Assembly: GCA_946965045.2 (NCBI GenBank)
Contig: OX337240.1
Span: 1,922,001-1,986,000 of the forward strand
DNA length: 64,000 bases
Direction of reading: 5' to 3'
DNA from: Epithemia pelagica
Taxonomy: Eukaryota > Protista > Bacillariophyta
In this document: positions 44,801 to 56,312 of the stretch, piece after piece
Layout of the letters: each line of letters opens with the position of its first letter
Position numbering within the stretch: the first letter of the stretch is position 1
Notes under the pieces: model-generated
The model's input: the letters and a program-made list of their open reading frames with translations, nothing else
Database searches by the model: none
Told to the model about the DNA's origin: nothing
Position numbers and translations under genes: made by a program

Positions 44801-47206
44801 AAGGAACAAGTCATAGCAGAGGCTTTGTCCTGTCTCGCTCGATTGATTGAGCATGCATTGCTATCGAGAGCTCTCGTACTCCCTGATACTGTGAGAGGAG
44901 ATGCAATACAGAACATGGGTGTTGGCACGACCATTCTAGATCGGTATTCCGCATTCTTGATCCATCCCTCGAAAGGAATCCGTCGAAGTGCCGTCAAGGT
45001 ATTCTGTGCCACTTGTCGTGCGTTGGGATCTCCGGACGGCGTCGTTTACATCACTCCCGTTTTGCGACCTTTTCTACGTTTCCAGCCTAGTTGGAATCAT
45101 TTGTCGTCAGAGCAAAACATGATCAAGTGCATCAAGTCGCCGTGGACTCGGTCGCATTTTCGTGAACAACTTTCTTACGTCTCAGCAAACAACCGAAATA
45201 CACAATGGACAGATGTCGGGATCATCTCTGGTACCAGTGGACAAAGAAAAGTCAGTGGTGGAGAAAACGAAGAGCAAAAGGAAACAGACCCAATGAATGA
45301 GCGGATGCAGCTTTATCTCAAGATGCTCACGCGCCACTCTGTCCAAGGAGAAACGCAAAGCTCCACACCAGATCACATCGAAGGGTCCATTAAATTGGCT
45401 CAAAGTGTTGTGTTCCCACGTCGGTCGCAACATTTGTTACCAGAATGGTACCAGAGCCTGCGGGAACGAGTCGAAAGGGAAGATTCAAGTATTACGGAAG
45501 CTTCTGCCATCAGATCGGTCTCTGCTCTTGGTAATGTCTACGGCTTATCCATAATGGGTCCCCCAACTGAGGGTGCGACAGACAATATTATTGGAGCTGC
45601 AGATATTCCAGACAATATGAAACAAGAGACGAACCCTCTGGATTCCCCGGAATCACACACCATGGAACAGGCGTTTATGGGGAAATGGGAAGCAGAGGTA
45701 CTACTCGATCCTGATTTAGTCGACACGTCTCTTCTGCTGACAAAGCTCCGAGCCCTAAGAGTTCCAGCACTACCGCCCCCGCTTGGGGGAAATGTCTCAG
45801 GAAGTTCTGGAAGCAATGTCAAATCGAGGTCATTGAAAGATACACCGCCATCATTCGAGTGGAAACCCAAAGTGAACGCAATGATCGCGAGCAGCTCCAG
45901 GATAGCGGGGCATACAGCACCTGTGGTTCGACTTGCTGTGTCTTTAGATGGAAGCTTTTTTGTTTCGGGTAGTCATGATGGAACCTGTGGAGTTTGGGAA
46001 GTTCCGCGACTCGAGCACTCTTCGGGTTACCTCGAGAGAAGCACCGTATATCATGGCCACTCTAAGAACAGCCCGACAAGAGTCAATGACGTCGCGATGG
46101 TGGAGGGAACATATTCTGTTGTATCTGGTGCCAGCAACGGCTCCATTCATGTTTGGCGTGTTGATCTGGTTTCACCACCACGGCTAAGACCAACCTCACC
46201 GGTCGCGGAACGACGTGAGCGATCAAGGGTAGTCGGCACCACTGCTGTTAGAGAGTCCAACCCTGAGGAAGGAGAGGTCCTCGCTGTGTCTCATTTCACT
46301 TCTGTATCCAACTCAGTCGTAGTGTACGCAACGCAGAAAGGTGTGGTTCATACCTGGGATCTACGGTGTGCTGAAGAGCCATTCTCTTTGTATCATGGTC
46401 CGAAACTTGGTCATCTTTCGGCTATTGCGTTGGGTGGAGACAGAAACTGGATTGTTACAGGAATGAGCCGAGGCTTTTTGGCTTTATGGGACGTACGATT
46501 TCAGCAACCTTTCAAACTTTGGAAACATAGCAAAGGAGCTAAAATCAATCGACTCGCTGCGTCTTTTGTTCCTCCCCCACAAGTTTGGGGAGCGGCTCAT
46601 CCGTCAGCCTCCTCTCGCCCCTATGTCTTTGTCGGGTCACAGCCGAACGAGTGTTCAATGTTTGATGTTCTGAGTGGGTCTTGCGTTCAATGCTTTCGAA
46701 CTGAGCCTCATGACACGAATTCAGCGTATGTAGGCGAAGAAATCCCATCTCTCGTGGATGTGTCTGGGCGTATGCGGCTTCAAAAAGGTGTATTGAATGT
46801 CATCAACGAGGGCTTCGATGTCGCTCCAAGAAGTTTCGCACCCTCAGTTAATTGTATTGTCGGGAGTATAGGCGGACAAAACAACAGTTTCTTACTGACT
46901 GGGGGTAGCGATGGATTCATTCGATCGTGGGATTTCTCCGTCCCCTCTCGATCCTATACTATTTCTGGATCAACTTCGGGACAACCGAGACCCACCTTTG
47001 AACGAGTTGACTTCGATGGTTCAAGAAAAAGGCTGATTGTTTGCCGGCAACCCCGACCATCTCCTGTGCGTCCTTTTCTCACTGGAAACCAAGGACTACG
47101 AAAACCAGAATACTACCACACAGATTCTATTGAAGATTTGAAGATCGTAGAAAACAGTGCATTGATTAGCTGCTCACGCGACTGTACTATTAAGGTCTGG
47201 CGCTAG
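41867..47206 (+). CDS. VPS15: VPS15/PIK3R4 (pseudo)kinase-HEAT-WD40 regulatory subunit of class III PI3K; intronless
   Basis: MGGSQS myristoylation-type start at 41867; RLTNRPWLDATEKLFLIHQLL; YLAPERF; MDIFSLGC; HEAT block (RLQRIVP, DWQLRAALF); WD40 block (GHTAPVVRLAVS...FVSGSHDGT; LLTGGSDGFIRSWD; ISCSRDCTIKVWR*). Confidence 0.95.
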   Translation: MGGSQSTVSATEEFLPADPSSFLEHHAILKEWSLVEGGAFAGSGQRMYKSYRVRRNPASTTSTTTTGAATTAGPTHSSSSTAEVVAVLKVAFLPQQAPLRRTNSLALSSAASPYSNEPTTMVYQQQLEVQLQAMARELLRIQELTHELPHVWPTVAWYGPQEGLTNHSANSNSASFPPIPESSNGGESLTGGTSTGKASASTIPTTTTTATTASSSSLATATTSTSSLAGGFVIPAIWMRPHVYTTLGDRLTNRPWLDATEKLFLIHQLLLAVQSLHDVGLVHGSLTTQNIGYTSQGWLVLLDIMPTNQSGNTLNDHHKNPSLPLSFRPTILPDDDPTEYLYCFSNQTCYLAPERFDQVQKNTRINSNTKDSSLDANSASASVPPSSPVLTPAMDIFSLGCCLVELVLNGEACFDLGQLLEYRKMASAAAPLNSATSPAVSSSHAQTLTPAAASASSLALTQKLQKMESSALRAACRHMLSLDPSVRLSARDYLERLQEQGCMPPSRIFDTLYQLLRHQQSLDSPDARFYHLYQAYPDVLFLTMGVRVGRSNPTPNRVPRSAPTTNEDHPASSKHKNESLSSTEPRSSSPSDLWTETEALLQELREFNLNSNDDFMTNSLPEQKAESRPPVEQNDQRDGDSGDVNEPVEDRTALEKSCILIYVQQILSTIRHVQRPATKLIAMQLIQNMLPHVSDEARLQRIVPVMVALLKDSDALVRARALHTLTRTLVVLTSFPPSDAQVMPQYIFKRVAPLLTDPCLSVRVALAQCMGGLAETAQRFLDISQAVRLVQAVEGNSGAQTPNLPGNNSAHQHRSFEEKGIFEEKVTQLLDETPSSGASSDAESSSHTKPTSAHPRKRQPGTTSGTIMVRSSYQTERSGLAETLSRWVVHICTDQSENASMVKRALLSDALEGLCNFFSLDGVMAFMLPQLLAFLNDRQDWQLRAALFAGLPVVCQIIGRGATEEFVLPCIEIGLVDNKEQVIAEALSCLARLIEHALLSRALVLPDTVRGDAIQNMGVGTTILDRYSAFLIHPSKGIRRSAVKVFCATCRALGSPDGVVYITPVLRPFLRFQPSWNHLSSEQNMIKCIKSPWTRSHFREQLSYVSANNRNTQWTDVGIISGTSGQRKVSGGENEEQKETDPMNERMQLYLKMLTRHSVQGETQSSTPDHIEGSIKLAQSVVFPRRSQHLLPEWYQSLRERVEREDSSITEASAIRSVSALGNVYGLSIMGPPTEGATDNIIGAADIPDNMKQETNPLDSPESHTMEQAFMGKWEAEVLLDPDLVDTSLLLTKLRALRVPALPPPLGGNVSGSSGSNVKSRSLKDTPPSFEWKPKVNAMIASSSRIAGHTAPVVRLAVSLDGSFFVSGSHDGTCGVWEVPRLEHSSGYLERSTVYHGHSKNSPTRVNDVAMVEGTYSVVSGASNGSIHVWRVDLVSPPRLRPTSPVAERRERSRVVGTTAVRESNPEEGEVLAVSHFTSVSNSVVVYATQKGVVHTWDLRCAEEPFSLYHGPKLGHLSAIALGGDRNWIVTGMSRGFLALWDVRFQQPFKLWKHSKGAKINRLAASFVPPPQVWGAAHPSASSRPYVFVGSQPNECSMFDVLSGSCVQCFRTEPHDTNSAYVGEEIPSLVDVSGRMRLQKGVLNVINEGFDVAPRSFAPSVNCIVGSIGGQNNSFLLTGGSDGFIRSWDFSVPSRSYTISGSTSGQPRPTFERVDFDGSRKRLIVCRQPRPSPVRPFLTGNQGLRKPEYYHTDSIEDLKIVENSALISCSRDCTIKVWR

Positions 47207-47219
47207 TCCGTCTTTCCTT

Positions 47220-50200
47220 TCAAGAATAAAAAGCACTTTGCCAGTCAACAGGACTCTGCGTTGTCTCCTGAGATGGATCTAAAGTGCATCTTCCATTGTT
47301 GGGAAGATTTGGAGGATCCGTAAATGGATTTTCAAGCTGTGGGTACGATTCATCATACCAGGCTTCGTCTGTTTGGGACCCTGTGGCCTGGGGCTGTAAC
47401 GCAGGATATACAGCGTGCGGTACGAGGTAAGCTTGTTCCTCTTCCATGTATGCTGCATCTTCCTCCAGAAAACCATCTTGTGTAACGTCTTGAAGCATGA
47501 ACTCTACATCTTCTTCATGGGCCTCTGTTTCCCATGGAACGGCATTGCCATATTGATTCGGATTGACCCGCTGGACGATATTCCCAGCTGGTGAAAGCTG
47601 TATCCCGGGTGTCGTCGTCTCATAAATGTATTGTGTTGGGTTCGGGTGTTCCTGTTCATCGAAGAATGAACTCGACCCTTGGGTATTTTCGAGGTTTGAC
47701 GGTACCCAGTAAGTATGGGTAGCCATCCCACCATTGCGAGGGGAACGAGATGCACGTGCATATTGATTGTGCTCTTCGGCTTTCTGTGCCAGGACAGAAA
47801 CGGATGGTTGTGCCCGGGCTCCAGCAGGCCTTCGAGAAAATCGACGTGAAATTGGTCCATCCAAGGACCCTCGTCGAACATTGTGCTTCTCTATGTTTCG
47901 GTATGCGGCATCAAGACCGCGAAGCTGATCTGATGGAATGACAGATTCAGTGGCCCTTGGCGAAACGCTTGATGAGAGTGAGTCCAGTCTTGACTCGGCA
48001 TCATTAGGATCGTGGTTGTATACGGCAAATGGATTGTCTCCATTGGTCGAGAATGCGCGTTTCTGCCGCTTACTCTGATCGCGCTTTACCACGCTCCATG
48101 GAACGCCACTCTCACGCTTGCTACGTGGTGTGAACGTTCTGCTCGCACATTTCCCGTTTCCCTCGAAGCTTTTCCTCTCGGGTTGACCACGAACTGATAT
48201 AATTTGCGGGGTTTTAGTCGGAATGAAATAGTGTTGAGAAACATCTCCTATCACCTCTGACGTGTCCCTATTTTGTGAAGGTGGTGGAAACGGGGATGTG
48301 TGGATCACCGGCAGTACATTCACGTTCCCTTGGCTATCCGATTGCTGGAAATTCCGCTGCGGGAAGATCCTGGTGTCAGGAAAAGGACTTGCTGTAGGTT
48401 TAGAGGCCGGTGTCACTTTTCGTCTGGTTGTTTGGGGTGTTTCCGCGAAACGGCGATGCTCTACATGCTGGTTCTTGTTTGATAGTATCCTCTTTGGCTT
48501 GACAGGGATTGTGTTGGTTTTCTTCTGGGAATCAATTGCCCCTTTATGCTTTTTTGTTGTTCTTGTGACAGCAGCTGGGTCCGACACTTGACTTCTGCAC
48601 CTGTCGAGACTTGCTTTCATAGTGTCTGGTTTGCGGTTTCGAATTTTCCTTGGTAAAGCTTCAGAAGAGGCAGGAACTGTCTTTTTCGCTACTGGGCAGT
48701 TGCCTTGAATCTCAGCATGCGCTATCAAGATATGTTAGAATTTACGACGCCGCACCCTTCATCGAAACTTCCACTTACCATCAAGCCCAACCATTGATGA
48801 AATAAGGTGAACACATATCTTCCCAAACGTTCGGGGAACCGGAACTCTGTGGACTCCTGAACGGTTGATCTTCTGTTTGTATAACAGACAACCGTTCGAG
48901 CTATCGGTATATGCGACCAACGTATAATCAACCTGTGAGTCACCGCCAAGTTCATTCGATCCTACCTCGTTTACATCATGGCGATGTTCAACTTGACAGA
49001 CTAACTCAGACGGCATCGAGGAGCCAGACGCGAATTCGATTTCAGCTTTGATTTTCATCGCTCCCGCAAGAGTCTTCTGTACGGCACGTCTCAAGTTTTT
49101 TCCAAAAGGAGGAAGCCTCTTAGCAACAGATTCTATATGTTTCTCTGATGCTGTCATCACACTCTCAAACGTCGCGATGCCATTGAACCTCAACGCCGCA
49201 ACAGTAGCATTATCAAGACTTCGAAACTGTCCAAGAACCCCATTTTCGCAATTCCATAGCCCAGTTGCAAGTGCCCGTCGAAGTTTAAGAGCAGCGTTGA
49301 TGAGTTGTCCACTCTGGCTTGCTTTTGCGCTCTAAAACAAATCAAGTTAAAGTCAGCTGTCTGCTCGAATTTAGTTGGAACACGTCACTTGGTCGGTACC
49401 TACATATTCCTCCAATGCCAGGAGCATTCTTGAGGCGTAATCTGCCATTGCCGCCATCTCTTGTCTCAATGCGTAGTCTTCGAAATGAATCTGACCAATG
49501 CTTGCTTGAAGCAACACAAAACTCTTTTCCCATGGTTCTTGTACCGTCACTTTACTCGGAGGACCATCGAGCTTATATTTTAGTGATTTATGGGCTTCTT
49601 TCAAATGCTTCTTTTCTGATCGACGCACGGGGCGATGAAGACCATCGATGTGCGCCATGGCCTTGAGGACCTGAACTTGCGAAGCGTCAAAAGGTAGACT
49701 TGTAAGGATACGCATCGTGTCATACTCGACTAAGTTCTGACTCATAATATGACCAGCATCAAGAGGTTGGACCAGAGCACCGTTCTCTTCGATGTCGATT
49801 GCCTTTATTTGTTCAAGCCGTTGGAGTGACTCTGCGCAGAAACGGAAAGCCGCCTCGTCACTTCCAGCATCCAACAACCCATGCGGCCCAGAATTCTGGA
49901 TGTAGAACAATGTTCCTTTGATCCAGTTGACAAAGCTTGAAACACCAGTAATTACTCTTTGCGAGAGCTCTGCGTTGGCCATGTCGTCGAACTTGCTTTG
50001 GAGCTTGCTCATGGCTGGTTCAAGTCCACTTGCTGCCAGTCGTTGAAACCTTGGTTTCGATTGATTGTCGGTCATTATGACGGCAGTTCCACTTGTGTCA
50101 TAGCCCGGCCTTCCCGCTCGTCCAATCATTTGCAACAGGGTCCCTTGGTCGAGGTCCTGATACCCGCAGGACCCTCTCCATGCCTTTGTTCCTTTGATGA

Positions 50201-52747
50201 CGACTAGGTGAGCGGGTAAGTTAACGCCCATTGCCAAGGTTGATGTTGCGCATAGTATGGAAATCTTATTGGCCACACCAAAATACTGTTCGACAAGTCT
50301 GCGATCCTCAAGTTCAAGACCAGCGTGGTGATACGCGATTCCAGCAAGTAGGACTCGCTGCAACTTGTGCAGCCTTGTTTTGGCGGCAACTTCATGATTG
50401 TTCTTTCTTTCAGCTAGCCCATCGGAGGCTAGCATATTCGCCAGCCTCTCCGTTTCTGCCTTGCTGTGGCAAAACACTATCGTCGGACGGTTACTCGAGA
50501 ACTTGTGTATTATATTCGCGACTTCTCGATCTAGACGTTGCCAAAAATGAAACTGATCTTTGCCTTCGTTCTTGACGAACCCCAGCCCCACTACATGGAC
50601 TGTAAGAGGAACTGGGCGATATGAGTCATCGAAAACGTAAGCTTCATGAGCACCTATCCAATGAGATAAAAAAGCCACCACCATGAGGATTCGAAGGATT
50701 CTCAGAGAGGACACGAACCGTCATATTCATTCTGACACTGTCTTACCAATAAACGAAGCTATGTCTGAAATGTTTGGAAGCGTCGCAGAAACTGCGACCA
50801 TTCGCATGGTAGAGTTGATCGCATCTGCTGTCGTGTTACTGAAGCTGAAGCGACGGCAAAATCAGATATGTTAGAAGAGGCTGTAAGCGAACGCTGAGCG
50901 ATGCAGAAGAACAATACCTTGACGAAAGAATGGCGTCATTATTTGTTTCGATATTCACGGCTGCCCGCTGAATGGTTTTCAGACGGCATATGATTGCTTC
51001 CAGACATGCGCCTCGACTTGGATCTGCCACGAGATGAATTTCATCCAAAAGCACCAACTTGACCGATGCAAACAAGAAGAAGTTTTCCGTCCATTTTCTC
51101 GTTAGACTGTCCCACTTCTCAGGTGTTGTAATTATAACATGTGCCCTTGCTACATCTCGAAACGCTTCACCAGGATCACCATCTCCTGTGATTGCAGCGA
51201 CATGGATCTGGAGCCGAGCCAAACGCGAGGACCAGTCTTCGAGACGCTGCTCGCATAAGGCTTTGCTTGGGGCAATGTATATTGCCTTGCGGGTCTGAGA
51301 AACTTTTCCGTTGTTCTTCTGCATACCGACGGTGAAGAAGCGTGCCATTGCCATTTCGAACACCGCTGTTTTTCCTTTTTAACACAAAAATGTTAAGTTT
51401 TGAGAGACAACGATTCATAGAGCATCTCCCGGTCCTGTATAAGTACGTACCAGCTCCGGTTGGAGCAGAAAGCACAACGTTGTCGTCGCAAAACGCACAA
51501 ACATTTGCTAATGCAGACTGAAGATGATTGAAAGTGTCATATTTGAAGAAGGACGATATAGAATGGTATTGATCGAAAATCTGACGGACAGGAATGCGTT
51601 GGCGATTGGCTTTGGGGGTATTGGTCTCATTGAAATGGTGAACCATAGGCTCTGTTCTTGGGGGCGGTTCAAAGGGTGCGTACAAGTCAGGATGCACTTC
51701 CGACCGCCGATCCTCCTCATGGATGCCTGACTGGCCGCCACCCACTTGGATACGCTGATCCGCAATGGCTTCTTGAGATTGACTGACACTAGACTTGGCT
51801 GGATCTTCAAAACCAAATGCTTCTGCTATGGCATCGTCGTCCAGTTGCATTGGTGAAATGGGCGTGTCGTTCAGACGATTTTCTTCTAGAGATTGAGCAT
51901 TGTCGAGTTCTGGGAGATCCTTTCCCAAGAGGAGATCCAACCACTCGTCGTCGTGTGCATTTGTCACCTCATCATGATGGATCTTTGGTGATAGTGTGTT
52001 TTCTTGTGGGGGCCGATTGGTTTTTGTATCTAAGGATGCTTTTGATACATCAACTGCTTCGGCCTCGGTCCCTCTGTTCGGATTCCCAGAAACTTTAGAA
52101 GGATTTGTGGTCGTTGTCTTTGTAGTCTTTTTCACATTCTTGTAGGGGTTATTTATCGGCCTTTTACTTTTTCCCTCTTTGTCTTGTGCTGCTTTGTCGC
52201 GGTTAGGAGTCACCTCATGGGGAGGTTCTTTTACCGTTCCATGAAATTTTCCTGTCGATTCCATAGAGCGTTCGGCTGTCGTCTTCGTAGGTGGGTCGTC
52301 GATGACTGCACCCTCCACGATGGCCCCACTCAAGAAATCATCACCGACATCATTCCAGAAAGCGGCAAGGTCTTCAAAGTCACTCTCATCCTTGCACTCG
52401 TCTTCCTTGTCGTTTTTGTCGGCCGCTGTTGGCTTTTCCATCAAGGACCTAGCGGAATCTTTGAACTCCGACATCGTTTGTACTGGAATTCGGCCATTCG
52501 CGATGCCTTCAGTCTGACTCTTTCGCATCCCATGAGATTGTTTTGCAGAAACACTTGACTTGTCATTGTGATGTTGGGAAGGAAAAACATTGCTCAAGCG
52601 GGACTGGCATTTTGCGTCGAGAAGTCGAAGCTTTTCAATGTCGGAGTCATCTGAATCTGATGTACCACCATCGTCCATTCCACATTGATTCTCGTCAGAT
52701 TGTTCATCAATGCTCATCACTTGTTTTTTCTGGCTGCTTGATTCCAT
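47220..52747 (-). CDS. MER3: MER3/HFM1 meiotic DExH-box (Ski2-like) helicase with Sec63 domain; 6 exons, about 1718 aa
   Basis: Exons 52747-51451, 51374-50918, 50844-50747, 50653-49404, 49331-48779, 48721-47220 (5157 nt in frame). Motifs SAPTGAGKT, TTPEKWDSLTR, DEIH, VSATLPN, FDDSYRPVPL, GIAYHHAGL, ATSTLAMGVNLPAHLVVIKGT, QMIGRAGRPG. Single helicase cassette. Confidence 0.9.
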
Positions 52748-53544
52748 CGGTGTTTGGAAGATCTTCCTTTTGTGTTACAGTCCCCGTTTTCCTCATTCTC
52801 GTTGTGAGAGTGTTGGGCTCTGCGTGACAAATGCGTGGCACGCCTCGCGCGGTCGATGTTTGAAAAAGAGGAGAGTACGAGTACTAAAATAGAGTACAAT
52901 ATCCATACACTACTATCACTAGGAGTCAACCAGATTGCTTTGTCCCCCAACCCCAACAGATTTCCTCGCACCTTCATCTCTTTTCACCCGAAAATCTTGG
53001 AGTACTCAGTAATCGTACACCATGGCGCTTATCTCGATTCGTTCGTGACAGAGAAAAAGGAGAAGGCGTACCGGCAAGTAAAGACGTGAAGGGGTATCGG
53101 CTGATCATGTGTTGCTTTTTGTAAGTGCAACGTGGCATGGTTATTTTAAGTTGACGGGCGAATAATGCTCGGGTATGTCTTCTTGGTGCGTCGGTTGATG
53201 AAAGGCAACCAAACGCCCCCAAAGACCACCAAGTGATCAAAGATTCTGTCCTGGTGTGCCAATATGCTGATGCCTCGTTATCAATCAATTTCGTGGTTGA
53301 GTAGCTAGAAGCAATCTGACAAGTTGTTCCCATTTTGTGCGATTGACTGTTATTGCTGAATATTTCAGGAGAGTGTATTACATCTACGTACAAGGGAAAC
53401 GGTGAATTAAGTGTCTCGGATCTAGCTACGAGGTTTAAATCAATGGTTGTTTGTTGAAACTATCATCACTGAGATATAGCATACACTTTGTTCTGACTAT
53501 CGGAATACATTCTCAGTTGAAGCGTGAGACAGGTCATCCTTTCT

Positions 53545-55370
53545 TTACCCGATACGAAGTTTCTTGTGCCAGCTATCTCTTGTGGAGTTTTCGGCGTCTA
53601 CACCATCATATAGGTGTCCTTCGGGTGACTTACTCCGTGGAATACAAACTCTCGTATCTGCTCGTCGTTTGGACGAACAGTGGGACATTGTATCACATTT
53701 CATATTGGAAGTACGCTTGTCGGTACTGGGTTTGTCTCCCATGACACAAAGCGGAGACATGAGCAACAAATCGGGGCGCGTTCTTACAAGATAATACAGC
53801 AATGAAGAAGACATCAAGCTGTCACCCATCTGTGGATTTGTTGAGGAAACGGGACATGTGGAAGGAATGCTTGTTACTGTTGGAGCAGCAAAGGTTCGTT
53901 GCTGCTGTTTTTGTCGATTCTTGTTCGCTCTATGGTTTGCATACGTGGAAATAGCATGAGGCTTCGCCAGCATATTGGACCATACCCAGGGCGTTATTGA
54001 GTCTTGACCAAAGCGATCACGTCCCCATCGATTCAAGGTCAGATATATATCCACAGCCATGGAACAAGTTGGACAAGAGGGAGATGTGGATGACGAATTG
54101 GAGGTGGTACGGTTGTCCTGCGCGGAATCATTTTGGGAGGCCAGCGCAAACTTTGTCAACGTTGTGTTGTGGTATTGCGGTCCCAGGGCATTGTCGACCA
54201 GGTATCGCCAGGGGCAAAATGTCATGTCACCGGATGGGCAGCACGGAAGCAGATGTCTCGACTCCATAATTTTGTCGGATTTTGAGAGGGAAAGCGGTTG
54301 TCGGCGTCTCTTCCAATTCTGCTTTTTCTCGACTGGCCAGGCTGCACCACCAAGCTGGGGGAAAGTAGTTTGGGATTGTTCTCCACATTCAATGTCTTCA
54401 AACTGGAATTGGTCTGTAACGCATGTACCAGCGCACAAAAGCCAGACGGGCCAATATCATTTTGCTGCATATCCAATGTCGTCAATTGGCACCCACTCAC
54501 ACGACAGGAAGGATCACACCCACCACTACACGTGTTACCGCTAATGTCATTGTTGGACAACCATTGACTCAAGGATTGGCAACCAGCGTCACGCACTCCA
54601 CAGTAGGCCAACTTCAAAACACAAAGAGACGACGGTGGCGATTGCGCGTCTCTTTCACCACAGTGCGACTCATTTTCGTTGGTGTTACATGCACCACTGG
54701 CAAGATCCAAACAGCCTTTACGAGAAGTATTTTCCGCAGTGCTCAGCATGGCATACTGTGATTTCGCGGTGGCAACTTTTGGGCCATGTGAATAGGAGGA
54801 ATATGCAGTCCTTTTCTTGGAACTCGTGGATCTGTGGTTGACTGTTGACGAAGCCGTTTCGTACTCCATTAACGCTTGTGCAAGGACCGCTACTCCAGCG
54901 TCACCAAGATCAGGATTGTAGCAAAGGTACAAATCGTGCAAGGTCGCATGATGCGCCAAGGCGCGTGCCAATACGTTCCAAGCACCTGTAGCACCGTGCA
55001 ATTGCGTTTGATTCAAAAACAGCACTTGAATATGGCTGTTGGTCAGCAATGCCCTCGCAAAGTGCTGCATTCGGGCTATATTGTTGTCGTCATTGCGCGG
55101 ACTGGAACCACCATATCCCAGTGGCATACAATTTAACGTTAACAATGTCCAATTTGGGTCGTCATTCCTCACCAAGGGTCGACAAATATCGGATAAGGAA
55201 CAGTAGGCTGTTGAATTCGATTTTCTTGCAGTCGTAAGACTGCTACTTGTAGGATGGTGAGAACACGATGACTGAGGTGGTGGTGAAGGGGGAGATTGGT
55301 GCGAATGTGTGTTCGTCGTAATTGGATGACTAGCCTTCTTCGCCATTGGCTCCTTTCGAGGAGACGACAT
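53545..55370 (-). pseudogene. RNI-like leucine-rich-repeat protein split over two overlapping frames (apparent frameshift, or a weak intron)
   Basis: ORF 54222-55370 has LRRs (LYLCYNPDLGDAGVAVLAQAL; LDMQQNDIGPSGFCALVHALQTNSSL). ORF 53545-54438, in another frame, has the C-terminal cap (HNTTLTKFAL; YLTLNRWGR; LLYYLVRTRPDL). No strong GT-AG intron joins them. Confidence 0.65.
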
Positions 55371-56312
55371 TGTGAGTATGTAAGTGTAACTAAATCCGAA
55401 ATGATGGTTCCACGACTTCCCAAGAAAAGTTCAAAGGAGGTGCTCAAACAGGCAATGGCAACGACGAATCGTGGTTTTGACGGCAGAACGTTGATATGTC
55501 AAGATTGAGAAGATCGGAGGCTCTCTCTTTTTCGTATGGATGCTGTGTTTTCCGTACTTGCGTTATTGCTTCAATGTCAAGTCGAAATGGGTAAGGATGG
55601 TTGTTGTTGTAACTCTTGTTGATGTGATTGCTTGCGTCTTGTAATTATTATGAGAAAGTGTCCCTGATTGCCAAAAGCATGTTGGTTGATGGAGTGTTGT
55701 CGACAACTGTGCGGTGCACAAACGGCGTAGCAAAAGTCAAGAAGATGTAATGAAGGTGGCTTGCCACTCTACAGAAGGCGCTGTCAGCTGGCAACAAACA
55801 AGATCCCAGATCTTTCGAAGTGAATGGTTGATGCTGATGGCTTCGCTTCAGTGGTCTGTTTGCTCGGTCTGGCTAATACGCCCCTGGTGCTTGCCCATCA
55901 ACACAACATGCCAAACAGAAAAAAGTGTCAAATGACATATTTTGAATTAGATGGATGAGAATACTGCATCAGAATGCTCATGTCGTCCTTCTCAACTGAT
56001 GGCAGAGGATGTCAAACAGAAAATCGAGAACAGAAGCATTGCCGCGCACTCATTTTTTGTTCGAAGGCCAATCGCACATCGCGTGTCCTCCATCCGTCGC
56101 GTTCTGCGGGTCGAATTTGATTGGGTTTTGCGCTTTCAGCTTTCAACCTCCACTGTTTTTCACACACTCCTGGGTGACGGTTGACGGAGTGGACTGACGA
56201 GAGTGAGCAAAGAACATCTCATAAAATTCATGATGCGTTGACCAAAGCCTTCCTGTGGGTCCATTGCTAACCTTATCGTCGAAAGAGTGTTACTACTTAC
56301 AACAAGAAATCC

